Position numbers and translations under genes: made by a program
In this document: piece after piece, positions 1-12,100 of the stretch
How the letters are laid out: each line of letters starts with the position of its first letter
How positions within the stretch are numbered: the stretch's first letter is position 1
Assembly: GCF_002113885.1 (NCBI RefSeq)
Contig: NW_018408902.1
Span: 1,078,550 to 1,142,549 of the forward strand
DNA: 64,000 nucleotides
Reading direction: 5' to 3'
Source of the DNA: Mizuhopecten yessoensis
Lineage: Eukaryota
Notes under the pieces: generated by a model
The model's input: the letters and a program-made list of their open reading frames with translations, nothing else
The model's database searches: none
What the model was told of the DNA's origin: nothing

Positions 1-429
1 ATCTATGAACTATATATACACTAGCTGTGATAATGTAGCTTTCTGACGATGAGAGATTTGGGCAGAGGAGGCCAGGTATTAATATTAGTACTATATATAC
101 ACCTCCAATATATGTACTTTTTAAGTGTTCGGTAGCTTTTGAGATCACAAAGGATCTGCAGAATGTATCACTAGTAATATAAATAAGCGACATCAGAACA
201 TATATGTTGTTTTAAATATATGTCTTCAATGTAATTTATATGTACACGTTTTCTGTTTATTTTTTACAATCAACGGCATGTCACATGTATCAGTTGAAAG
301 GTTGAAGTATTTTAACTGCGTGTATTAATACACATGGGACGATATACATATACAGGTGTGACACGCTGTCACTCGTAAAAACTTAATTCATCTTACCTTT
401 TTATTATTTTTTCAAATATAAAAAACTTG

Positions 430-807
430 TGTGGCAGTTTTTTAATTGTACATAGGATTACGGTCGCCAACGAGCTAGAGGGAATTTCTAGGAACCTGGA
501 GATCGAGGGTTTGACCCCTGGTGGATGCACACTATTCTCGTTCCTGTTTACAAATGGTGTCTGTGGCCATCCCTGTGGTGACAGGGAGTTAGAACCTGGC
601 TTGTTGTGTTCGAGGGCGAACACATTGAAAAAAGGGGGGGGGGGTAGTGTGGCATATTATTATTGTACATAGGATTACGGTCGCCTACGAGCTATCTAGG
701 GAATTTCCCTTAAGCTCATCAGTGCCAGTGGTAGAGCGTCCGACTAGGAACCTGGAGATCGCTGGTTCAATCTTCGGTGGAAGCACACTGTTCTCTTTCC
801 TGTTGCA
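430..807 (+). mobile_element. Non-autonomous LTR element (TRIM) with tRNA-like LTRs, Helenus-like
   Basis: LTR1 430-552 (TGTGGCA...CCTGTTTACA) and LTR2 648-807 (TGTGGCA...CCTGTTGCA) are direct repeats; PBS-like AATGGTGTCTGTGGCC follows LTR1; polypurine tract AAAAAAG(11)TAG precedes LTR2; 4-bp TSD CTTG at 426-429 and 808-811; LTR2 has Pol III A-box-like CAGTGGTAGAGCG and B-box-like GGTTCAATC. Confidence 0.85.
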
Positions 808-826
808 CTTGATATACGGGTGTGAC

Positions 827-977
827 CACAGGGTTTCGTTACAAATGTCTGAAATGCACATATGCTATACTGATAATGGCATGGGTCACACATAAACATA
901 CACGTATGTTTATGTGTGTTGTGACCCATATCGGTATAGCATATGTGTATTTCAGACATTTGTAACGAGACCCTGTG
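827..977. mobile_element. Foldback MITE family A, copy 1 (CACAGGG...CCCTGTG)
   Basis: Almost fully palindromic 151 bp; flanks GTGTGAC (820-826) and GTGTGAT (978-984) form a 7-bp TSD with one mismatch; same family at 12757 and 16575. Confidence 0.9.
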
Positions 978-1854
978 GTGTGATATAGCAACATGAATAA
1001 TTGGTATTTTTAAATATTGTGTGTGATAGTTTAGTGTGACGGCATGGAAGTAGATCTATAACACCGTATACGTACACGTTACATTTTGTTAGTTCATCTT
1101 CCCATTGGCATTGTAACGGTGACGTAGTTAAATAACACATGTTTACGATTATTATTTAGATCATACAATAGCTACCTTCAATGTGTAAACTCGGTCTCCC
1201 TTTTCGTTGAGGTAATACATCAGATACATTATCAGTAAGTTTTGTATGAACAATTTACAAACAACGAACTTCAGCTGACTCCGAACCACGAGGCGGAAAT
1301 AATAATCTACGTGCCTGTTGCTCTTGATACAGGTTTTTTTTTACGTATTTTTCAAGCGTTTTTATGATTATTTGGGGAATTCTAAACTTGAAATCTGATA
1401 ACGGAATCAACGAATCCGAATTATCGATGCATCCTGCATGCATCCTATATGTTAACCTCTGTGATTTTTTTGTTATCATGTTCAAAACGTAGACATGTTG
1501 GGTCATATATAGCTGTTTGTTTAAGAAATAGTGACTGACTTTGTGATATGACACATTTTTCAGGTGACCCTTGGAAACGACTCCGGTGAGTAGAGTACTG
1601 TACACTTCTTATCGGGCCAAATCTATGTTATTACAACCTTCTTGTGCCATTATTAATGTAAAACACATAATCATATAGCAGTCATTTTTCATCGGCCTAA
1701 CAACAACAAAAACAGCCATCCTTGCAAACTTTTTTTTTTTTTTAATTTATCAAAATATAAAAAAAAAAATCTATATTAAAACTGTAAATATGGGTGACCT
1801 GAGGCTATATCAAAATTATAGTGGAAAATTATGTCTGGCCATTTTACCTTTTAA

Positions 1855-2500
1855 GTGAGCTAATTTAGCCAAATGAGCTAAATCATATACTATCGCCACT
1901 GTTGTCTGTTCATAAACATTTTCTTTGAACTACTTCTCAAGAACCATTCTGCCAATAACAACCAAATTTAATGTTTAATTATCAGAAGAAAAAAGGCTGT
2001 CCTCTTCCAGGGGTGCATAAAAGAGCAAAAAATGGGTAAAATTTGTGGAATTAAAAATTTCTTCTTTTATTTATCAACAGACTTTAGTAAACAAAAGAAG
2101 CCTGATCTATAGTGATAATTGTTCCTCCGTAAGGCACAAGTCTGAAAATGTTGGACATGTTCTGTGCCTGTGTTATTCATACTGTAACCTATGCTTTCTT
2201 TCGTAAAAACATTATAATTTGCTAAATTACTCAGATGATTGTTATTAAGAAATTACCAATGGTATTTTTTTTTAAAAATCTTGTATACCTAAAATGTCCC
2301 AACCAAGTACAAATTACATCATTAAAAAAAATGGGTGAAATAGCAGGGTCCAGTAAGAGAAATAGAGGTAAATCTTTAAAATGATAATCATTCACTTTCA
2401 GGTTAGATAATTATAGCAAATGTTAGCAAAAAGTTGGTGTAAAGAATCTCTGGCACATTTGAAATCCCAGATACCTGCCTTGGCCTTTGATTGGTCGAGA
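1855..2500 (+). mobile_element. Degenerate HINE/Helentron-like remnant
   Basis: GAGCTAATTTAGCCAAATGAGCTA and AAACATTTTCTTTGAACTACTTCTC...ACCAAATTT resemble the reverse-complemented end and internal repeats of the 60961-62680 element; boundaries approximate. Confidence 0.4.
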
Positions 2501-2752
2501 CAGGGTTTTAATTTATTATGCTCTAGTTGAGGTAATTATAAAATATTTTAATAAATGTGTGTATGCATTTGAATGGACTTATTCACTTTGCACTGAATTT
2601 AGTAATATGTGACATAGTTTTATTTTTATTTTAGACCTCTGTGTCACTTTCTTTATAGGACCTAATTAGCTGTTGGGAGGACATCAACCCCAAACAAACA
2701 GGCTTCTGTCTGATGTCTCTTGATTGATTTGAATCAACTTATTTAAACAACA

Positions 2753-4904
2753 ATGAGTGCACATACCTTTACTTATTTCGCCTATGGGAGCAACCTGCTG
2801 AAGGAACGCCTCTTACTTAGAAATCCAACTGCTGAGTTTAAGTCTATTGCAAGCTTAAAGGTAACTGACACATTACTCTAATGATTTAGTATAGAAACAT
2901 ATCTCATAAGGGTGCAATGTCTAAAGAAAAAATCCAACCAGGAGAGTTATGCATTTGAATAAGAGTGAGGCTTCGATAATGTCGTTAAATTATTATGAAT
3001 TTGTACCCAAATTGTAATGGGTCGATTGATGGTAAGCAGGTATAGTTCTGTGGGCATTCGACAGTGAGGGTCCCAGGTCTGGCCGTGCATTTTCCCACTC
3101 CTGTTATATTTGGTGCCTGTGACCAACCCTTGTTTCAAGTACTAGGTGAATACTTGATGAGGGGTTACCCTGGGTTGCTTATAGTTGTGTCTCTGGGGTC
3201 GAAGACTTAGAAAAAGGAGGGACGAATGTAGGCGGATGGTTCCAGGTTCAAATACCGGTCTAGCCGTGCAATTTTTCTGCTCCTGTTACAAAATATTTAT
3301 ACAAGTAGGAAATTGTGTTAAAATGATATCAAGTTTCTATTCTAAATGCTGTCTTGAAAAGACAATAGCAATCGTTATGTTGGGTTGATATGTCATAGCA
3401 TCAAGGTTTTATAAAGACATCAATTAAACACAAATTATTTACTGTTTAATTGTCTGGGAAGAGGGTGCCCCCTGCTACAATCTCATAGACATTTTTTTTC
3501 TTTTTTAGGATTATAGATTAAAGTTTGAAGCTATTCAGGATCCTGACAACAGTCGATGGCATGGCAGCATTGCTACCATCGAGGAGCAGACAGGAGCCAA
3601 TGTGTGGGGTGCAGTGTGGGAACTGGATTTAAAAGATCTTCCTAATCTAGATAAGTAAGAATCGAAAAAAAAATCTTGTGTAACATGAGTGAGAAATATG
3701 AAAAAATATTCTACCCCTGAGTGAATATTACTTTTATTTACCAAGAAACCAAGAATATTCTCATTCTGTTTATTACTTTTTTTCTTTATAAGGAAAGATT
3801 ATAAGGGCTCTCGTTAACAAATAATCCATTTTAGCTGAAAGAAATGTTCAAACAATGAATATCACAAAAAGAAAATGCTAGGAAATAGTGTAGTACCACA
3901 ATGATAATACTCACTGGCAATTGTTTGCTATTTCACTTTTTAGCCATGATCTTTCTTATTGTTCAATTAGTAGTACTTAGAAACTTATCAACTACATAAT
4001 AATAATAAAACTTCATACATTAACAGTAAAAATGTAATGAAAGGCAGTTAAACGTTTAATAAGTAAAGCATTAATTGACACAGCTGTACCATCTGCATCT
4101 CACGACAGCTTGGACTACGTAAGCACCTGCTAGTTAAATCATCATTCTTCCTGTGTCTTCCTCGTTATTAACATTATCACTATTTCTTCATAAAGATCAT
4201 AGAAGATATAGAACTGTATCTTCTCACATATACATAACTCTTGCATTTGAATTGCAGGTAATTATTGCATAGATATTAGAACAGTCAGAATAACAATATC
4301 AGAAATCAATAGTATTGTGTATTTTGTCACTGCTATGCCAGAATCGTTGCTCTCCTCTATAAGTCATGCAGCTATTGAAACAGCTAAAAAAATCCAGCAC
4401 TTATGTAAATAAGATATATACACAGCCTCAGACAAAGAGATTAGGACAGGAACTTTATAATTTCAAATCTTTTCTAAAATGATTACACATGATTTTTATA
4501 AATAAATTGAAACAAATCTACTAAAAAATAATCATCAGAAATGGTAAATAATATCTTTTGTGATGGAAAATTATCTTTATTTCACACTATTTTGTTGCAC
4601 TGTGAGACTCATTTGTTCAAATGATTTCAGACAAGAGGGTATCTACAGAGGGTTTGATGTAAAGGTCGTCTATCCTGAAGGTCAGGAGGTCGTCTGTCGT
4701 ACCTATAAACTGGATAAGACTGGCAATCCTGCCTATGACAGTCGACCATCGCCACACTACAAGGATGTGATCCTACGAGGAGCCAAGGGGCTACAACTGC
4801 CCCACGACTACCTCAACTTTCTACAGAACATCCCCGATAATGGCTATCAGGGTAGTGTGAAAGTTTATGAGGATGTGCTGAAAATGCTTGGAGAAACAAA
4901 ATAG
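2753..4904 (+). CDS. GGCT: Gamma-glutamylcyclotransferase (GGCT-1), 3 coding exons, 175 aa
   Basis: Exons 2753-2860, 3509-3654, 4631-4904, GT-AG introns with compatible phases; motifs YFAYGSNLLKERL, WHGSIATI, VWGAVWEL, LDKQEG (catalytic Glu), PSPHYKDVILRGA, IPDNGYQG match the GGCT family. Confidence 0.95.
3013..3290 (+). mobile_element. Second tRNA-LTR TRIM (Helenus-like) in GGCT-1 intron
   Basis: LTR1 3013-3108 (TGTA...CCTGTTATA), PBS-like TTTGGTGCCTGTGACC, PPT AGAAAAAGGAGGGACGAA, LTR2 3227-3290 (TGTA...GGTTCAAATACC...CCTGTTACA); 4-bp TSD AAAT at 3009-3012 and 3291-3294. Confidence 0.8.
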
Positions 4905-5571
4905 AACTAAGGACAAGTCATAATAGTAGCCAGAATATACAGAATAATGCCAAATAATAGGACAGAGAAACTGGAAATGTATATATACATTTTTTTTTTC
5001 ATAAAAACATATTTCTACCACTTCCTATAAATCTAAGTCCCATCCATTTCTCCATATCTATTGGTACCATCTGTCTTTTAATCCGACGCATTCCTCTTAG
5101 TCCCACCTGTATCTTTGTTCTTGTTCTTTTTTTTTTTACTTTAAGTATACTTATTTTGTGATTATCATAATCTTAGCAGTATTATAATCGTAGTACCTTC
5201 CTCATTATCTGTTTTACACTAATTCATATACATTGCAAACTATAAACTTATATTTCCTGTTGCATGTTATTCAAGGAAAGAGTCAGAGCATTCATTTATG
5301 ATTGAGCTTTTAGATCAAAATGTAATATATGTCTCATAGCAATAATTTGTTTGAAAAGTTTTTTCACCTCTCTTGTTTAGGATTTATACACTGTTGAAAA
5401 AGTGATGCTGAGAGGCTTCATGTGGGTAGTTGTTGAATTGTTGAAAATGCGGTATATTCATTGGTACAGTTTCTGATGTAAGGCTATGAATAATCACATG
5501 TAATTGTTAGCGTACAATTGTATTTTAAAAGTAGGTAAATGCATAATTGTATTTTTTGAAGGATTTTTTTC

Positions 5572-5790
5572 AGATAGGTACAAATATATATTTATATATA
5601 TATTATACTGGTTAATATAGAACAATAGATAGGTACAAGTATATATTTATATATATATTATACTGGTTAATATAGAACAACAGATAGGTACAAATATATA
5701 TTTATATATATATTATACTGGTTAATATAGAACAATAGATAGGTACAAATATATATTTATATATATATTAAACTGGTTAATATAGAACAA
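5572..5790. repeat. 55-bp tandem repeat, 4 copies
   Basis: AGATAGGTACAAATATATATTTATATATATATTATACTGGTTAATATAGAACAAT starts at 5572, 5627, 5682, 5737. Confidence 0.95.
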
Positions 5791-6710
5791 CCAGTGAAAC
5801 ATTTATGTGTGATGCTTTGATGCCTTTAGTATGATATGTATTCTGTCAGATTTATCAGAAAAAAATACCAGTAAAGTATTTATAATATGTACACTTAGGT
5901 GAAAAAAGTGTACGAGATGACCATTTAATTGACAAGTCAATTTATCTATGCTTTAACTATCCTATAGAATTATTGCAGCCATGGAATAGCAACAACCAAT
6001 AAGCTCCACAAGATACTCCAAAATATCTTAGTTCTGTTTGACTTAAGGATATTACACCCGGAGAAAATAATCACAGAATATATGTTCTAAGTTGGATGCA
6101 AAACATGTGAAGCATTGTATGTTGGAGAGACTGGAAAGCAGTAATGACACTGAAACCCAGTACAATGTAGTAAATATACATTGATTCTGCTGATGTTAGG
6201 GTGTGAATAACCACTGGTAACTGTTTACATACAATTGTATTTGCAGCGGAAGTAAACACATGGTTGCCATTTTTGAAAAAGAATCTTCAGAAAGGTACCC
6301 ATATATGTATTGTATAAGGTTCATATAGCACAACCAGTGAACTGTTTATGTGCGACATTTGATGAATAGTACGATATATACTCTATCACCTTTATCAGAC
6401 AAATGACCGGTAAGCATTTATAGTACATGTGTATGTACATTTACGCGTTAAAAGTGTATGACATGACAAGTTGTTTCATCTATGCTTTAACCATCCTAGA
6501 TATATTGTGACCATGGTATAGCAACAACTGTGAAGCCCCTCAAGATGCTCTGAATCATCCTAGTACATGCCAAGGATGAAACACCTTAAGAAAACATCAC
6601 AGATGTGTGTACTAAAAATGTGAAGTTTGGTATGTTGGAGAGACTGGAAGGCAGTTAATGGTGTCTGACTTGTTGGACTCAGTAATGACACTGAAACCGA
6701 GTAGTAAAAG
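5780..6710. repeat. Diverged direct duplication, offset about 540 bp
   Basis: ~5780-6170 and ~6322-6705 share colinear blocks (ACAACCAGTGAA, TCTATGCTTTAAC, CCATGG.ATAGCAACAAC, GTATGTTGGAGAGACTGGAA, CAGTAATGACACTGAAACC). Confidence 0.75.
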
Positions 6711-8379
6711 AATTCACCTGGTCAGAAAGGAAGTTTAGTACAAGATAAATTAATCAGCAGCGACTATGCCACACAACAAAATCATATAATTGACTATGAT
6801 AACTCAAAGTGGTGGACAAGGAGAGAAACCTGTACCACTGGCAAATAAAGGACAACATCAGTAAACTATGCAAAGTATGATCTGCATACAATACAGTGGG
6901 CTATTCTAAATAGAGATGATGGGCCAATAAACCTGTGCACATCTATTACTAGGTACTGAACATTAAGCATAGCCATTCAGTTTGCCAATTTGATTGTGAT
7001 ACATATGCTTAAAGCATAGCCAGATTGGCATGTTGATTTGATTTTCATCTTGCTCATAATAGTGTACATTCAAGGGAAAATGAGATTAAACGTATGTTAG
7101 TGAATGTTCAGTGAGGTTCTACGTACTCCAGTTGATGGATTCCTAAATGGAATAAGTGTACATTGTACATACACTTAACTGGTCATTTGTCTGATGAAGT
7201 AACAGAGTACATATTATACTGAAATTGTAACGGCCAAATAGAGGAAAGTACTACCTTACTGGCATGCTAACTCTTCTACTGATGTAATTTTATCCTCACA
7301 AGTTCCGCAATGTAGAGCTTGGTCTTTAGCTGGATGAGTGCCCGCATGCATGTTTCACTTGGTGGCAGCGGTGGGATCATTTGGTACCTTGTAAGGCCAG
7401 TTCCTGGCAGTTAGGGAAGGTGCATTGGTACACACAGAGGACCTAAGGGATTCCCCAGGCCAAGTCTTTGGATGAGGCGTCTTGGAGGTGAATATAGTGT
7501 CACAGCCAAGGAATATGACAGGATAATACTGCCTTACTGGCAAGCTCGCTTTTCCAGAAATGCTGTATAACACTGAGACATACTCACTAGTTTAGCAGCA
7601 TCAAGAGTGGTCAGCGGCTGGATAGGTGCCTGCTTGCACGTTACAAAATTACAAAAATCATACTTGCACAGTTCACTGGATGTGATGTAAGAACCTGTAT
7701 AGAAGATAGTTATCTTGATACCAACTCCAGAAGGTGTAGTGTTTACTGATTAGGTCACTTACCTTTCACCAAGATGGTCAGGGATCAATTACCCAATTCC
7801 ATCCTGGCCCAATAATTTATTTATGTAAGTAATGAATTGTTTTATTATTAATGTACAATAAATAATTGACAAAAATATGTTGGAAATGTCTATATGCACT
7901 GGATTTCTATGAAAACATACACATGCATTATTTTAATTAAGGATACTCATTAATTGAAAATATAGCATATCATGAACAAACAATTATCTTTTGTTCATCT
8001 ACATAATCTGCTTTTTAGCAATTTTAGATATCAATAGAACTGTACAGAAAGGATTTTGATCAGTTGTATTAAGTGTAAAATGGGAAATCAGTTAAGTGAC
8101 ATCATTTTCTCCCATTTCAATAATAAATGTAGAGAAAATAATACCCTGAACTAGATAATATAGACTATACACGACTTCAATAGTACTTGTAGCTTGACCT
8201 GTGCTAATTAATATTTAATATGATATTCTTAAGTGTATATTTAAGGTTTGTTTACAGTATCATAGGTACACAACACTATGAACTCTATAAGTAATTGTAA
8301 GGAAAAGGAGGGAGAAACTCCATCATAAATAAAGAGGGTTGATGGGGTAATTTAGATCCGGTAAACTTCTGAAATTAGT

Positions 8380-9020
8380 GCTTTAGTGCTGATGACTGTT
8401 CTAGCAATTGGTTTAGTGGTAGTGCTAATGCAATGGTCATTCTAGTTTAGCCCTTTAATGCTGTCGACTGTTTTAGCAATTGGTTTAAAATGAAATTTTT
8501 AATATTATGATAGACTTTTTATGTACTAGAGTGCTGACACCTGTTTTAGTAATTCGTTTAAGCATAAGTTTAAAATTTATGGTTTTTCTATTTTAGCTCT
8601 ATAGTGCTGACACCTGTTTTAGTAATTGGTTTTTCTATTTTAGCTCTATAGTGCTGACACCTGTTTTAGTAATTGGTTTAAGCATAAGTTTAAACTTTAT
8701 GGTAATTCTATTTTAGCTCTATAGTGCTGACACCTGTTTAGTAATTGGTTTTAGCATAAGTTTAAACTTTATGGTTTTCTATTTTAGCTCTCTAGTGCTG
8801 ACACCTGTTTAGTAATTGGTTTTAGCATTAGTTTAAACCTATGGTAATTCTATTTTAGCTCTAAAGTGCTGACACCTGTTTTAGTAATTGGTTCAGCATA
8901 AGTTTAAACCTATGGTAATTCTATTTTAGCTCCATAGTGTTGACACTTGTTTTAGTAATTGGGTTTAGCATTAGTTGCAGTTTTATGGTAATTCTGTTGT
9001 ATTAGCCATAGTGCTGATAC
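8380..9020. repeat. ~72-bp minisatellite downstream of GGCT-2 stop
   Basis: Repeated AGTGCTGACACCTGTTTTAGTAATTGGTTTAAGCATAAGTTTAAAC...TCTATTTTAGCTCTAT, about 8-9 variable copies. Confidence 0.9.
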
Positions 9021-9191
9021 TGTATATTAACAGTTTCATGATTTTAAAAAACAGAACAAATGACACTTGTGATGCAAATTATATTTTTCTTAATTTTTAT
9101 TGCTTGTATTAATTTTGATTTTGTTCTTATTAAACGGTATGCATTATTTTTAGTTTGTTGTTGTCCCTCTTCAGTTATTTTTCTTTGAAAA

Positions 9192-12100
9192 TTAATTTTG
9201 CATAATTTTCATAACTCGATCGTAGACGTCAACCTGTCCTTGGTAATTGTTGTCGTCCCATTTCTCCAGCTCATGTGTGTATTCCGTGGGGAGGTCGGAT
9301 TGCCGAGCACCAAGCAGTATGATTTCTTTGTATTGAGGCGAAGGTCGCTTGTCCCAAGTAGTCTTGACTGTTTGAGGAATCATCTTGAAGCAGTGACACT
9401 CAAACCCTTGGTCCTGGGAGATCACCTTGACAGTGAGGGGTTGGTGTTCATGTTCTTGTCTGAAATATCACACAGAAAATGGAAATATTAATTTATAAAG
9501 GCTGGCCATCTGTTCATCATCAATAACAAGATCATTTATCTACATCACAGAGGCAAAAGTCATTAATAGTTTCATGAAACTACATTACAGGAGCTAAATG
9601 TTATCAATTGGGAGTTGAGAGGCGCTCTGTACAGGTGTAATCTAGTGCCCAGAGTGAGCTTGTCCATCTGCTTTTTCAAATTTTCATTTATTTAGATATA
9701 TATAAAAAAAAAAATACCCAGTGATACATGGAAAACAATCATAAGGAGGATGTAAGTCTGGTATTATTTCTGTGTATAAGAACATTGTTATAATTGCATA
9801 AGGAAGAATACCATAGGTCCACAACTAAAGGTATGCTTTACAGTATTGTACTAGCATTTATTTGCTGACCTGTTCAAACTGTCCATGTCATCCTTGTCCA
9901 GTCGCCAGACCACACCCCAAACCTCAGCCCCAGGCTGTGGCTCAATGTTAGCCATGGCCCCTTTCATTTCACATGCTGTAGGGTCGCCATTAGTATCAAA
10001 ACAGAATCTGTAATTCTGGAAAACAAGACGTCGAACAAATGAAGTATCACTTTGACATATCGTACGTAATAGCTATAGGGACCATCTAACACTAGGCTAA
10101 TCTGATTTCTCACTATTCGGTAGTCTAGGGTCATATTTGGGAAATGGTCCATATAACTACATATTTTTGCTTGCTACAAGGGTTTGGCCCTCCCTTAGAG
10201 ATGTAGGCTCTCTATCGTTGATGGACACGAGGAGACAAATACACTCATGTAACCAGGATTCACCCAATAGTCTGACCTACTTCCTGGAAATATAGTCTCT
10301 TGGTCAGTCCAAGGAAGTTGTTGAGATACTCAACATATACCCATATACACAATTGCTGGGCATGCTTAAGAATTGTCCCCGAGGTTTAGTTACACCAGTT
10401 CGAACTTTCTCCGTTGGCCATAAAACGGAAACACTATAGTCATATTTGCTTTTGCTTGGTATGAAGTGACGAATACAACCATGCTACAAAGGACTTGCTC
10501 AGAGGTCCAGCCCTGCCACTGAAGACTCGGTCCTAGGGTTCACCTATGCCCTATAACTGTATGCACACATTTAGGCATCTCAATGAAACCTGCTTTGAAG
10601 CATCCAGGATCCGTGAGACCTTGGGAACATTTGCTGTATAAAGAAATAGTTGGTGCCCCCCTGAGGCTAAATGGCAAGCCCCAAAACGGGGCATATTGGT
10701 TGTTTAAGTATTTAAAATCATCCTTCTAACCTGTAAAGCATACGTCAACTAAATTTGCCGTGAAGAATCCTCCCAGAGAATCAAATGCCATATAAAGAAG
10801 AAAATGTGTTGTTCCTGACAGTGCTATAGAGGAGGAGACCAAATTGGAGAAATATTATCAGTTACTTATTGTATATTAGAATATATGTCATGGATGGTTA
10901 AAAGTCGAGATGAACGATACAAGACCTCTTGTATATTAGTATTTTACGGACCAAAGTCATATTTGAGGTCAAACTTGAAAGAGTTTTGCATATATATTCC
11001 GTTTAACTTTAATTTCAAGCCATATTAAAAATATGTCTATGTCTAAAAAATTGAAAGTCAAACGAAGATTCTGAGTCGATATTTTTCTTTAATTGAAAAC
11101 TTTTCATCACTTGAAAGTGATTTCCCACTACTCTACTAATGAGCACTGTCATTTTCAAGCTGAAGTCGTTCTTTTAGTAAGTTACTAACCAAAGTGAAGT
11201 AGTGTTTCCGAATCCGCTTTCCAAGTGAATTCTGATAAGCCTTACACACGCTGATCATGCGAATACCCATTTTTGGTCTAGAAACCTGTAAAGTTTGTTG
11301 TAGTTTCTGAGAATAAGAGTTCTGTAACTCAGTAATCTAAAAACTCTGAGATAATTGCCTTGTGTCCGTTTTACTGTCATAACCTAGTGTAACTGTATAT
11401 CGAGATCTGATATCAACGTGTGCCTCGATGGATGAGATGGCAAGATAATGCACCGGGTCTCTGTAATGGACTAGGGGACACACTTCAGACATATGAATGT
11501 ATTTGTCAACTGGATCCCAGTTTATTTAATTCCAAACAACTACTAATTGGTGTGCTCATTTTTGTCACATATAGTGGATATCATTTTAGCGCACCATGCC
11601 CGAAGAAGTATCGTTGGGGTTATGCCGTGTAGCACATGACTAACCAAAATTCCCTACTATATATATTGTAATCCGGTTATACTAGTAAGCGCAGACAACC
11701 GCTATTGAATCACTGTTACACTATTGTGGGTGTAACGATCACAAGGTTAACCTGATTTATATGAGATTTTGCTTTTATTATTATTATTTTTTCTAAACAA
11801 AGGCATTTCAAGGTCACACTCCGAAACATTAAATTACATTTCTTTACCGGGAATAGCAAGTGGTTACTTTTTAGCACCCTACCAGCACCTTTTCCGGAGC
11901 ATATCTTATACTCTCTCACTAACAACTGCCAACATTTGCATTGATTACCCATTTCGAATGTGGAAGTGTTATACAATGCAATCAGGTCTTGAGTCCCATT
12001 GTATACACACTTATGACCCTTCGTACATGTTTTTGATACCAAAGTGTGTCCACGGGTAGGGGATATTGGATTGTTCGCAATACTTTATATTGCTCCATCA

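Noticed and set aside
712-790. Functional tRNA gene
   Set aside because: A/B-box-like motifs are present but I cannot fold a proper cloverleaf, and the sequence lies within an LTR with a TSD.
1540-2634. Possible 5' UTR exon and intron of GGCT-1 (donor GTGAGT ~1586, acceptor 2634)
   Set aside because: Plausible, but motif-only; needs transcript data.
7260-7660. GC-richer island between the GGCT genes with a 72-aa ORF
   Set aside because: No recognisable protein motif, splice structure or termini; probably an old transposon fragment, unsupported.
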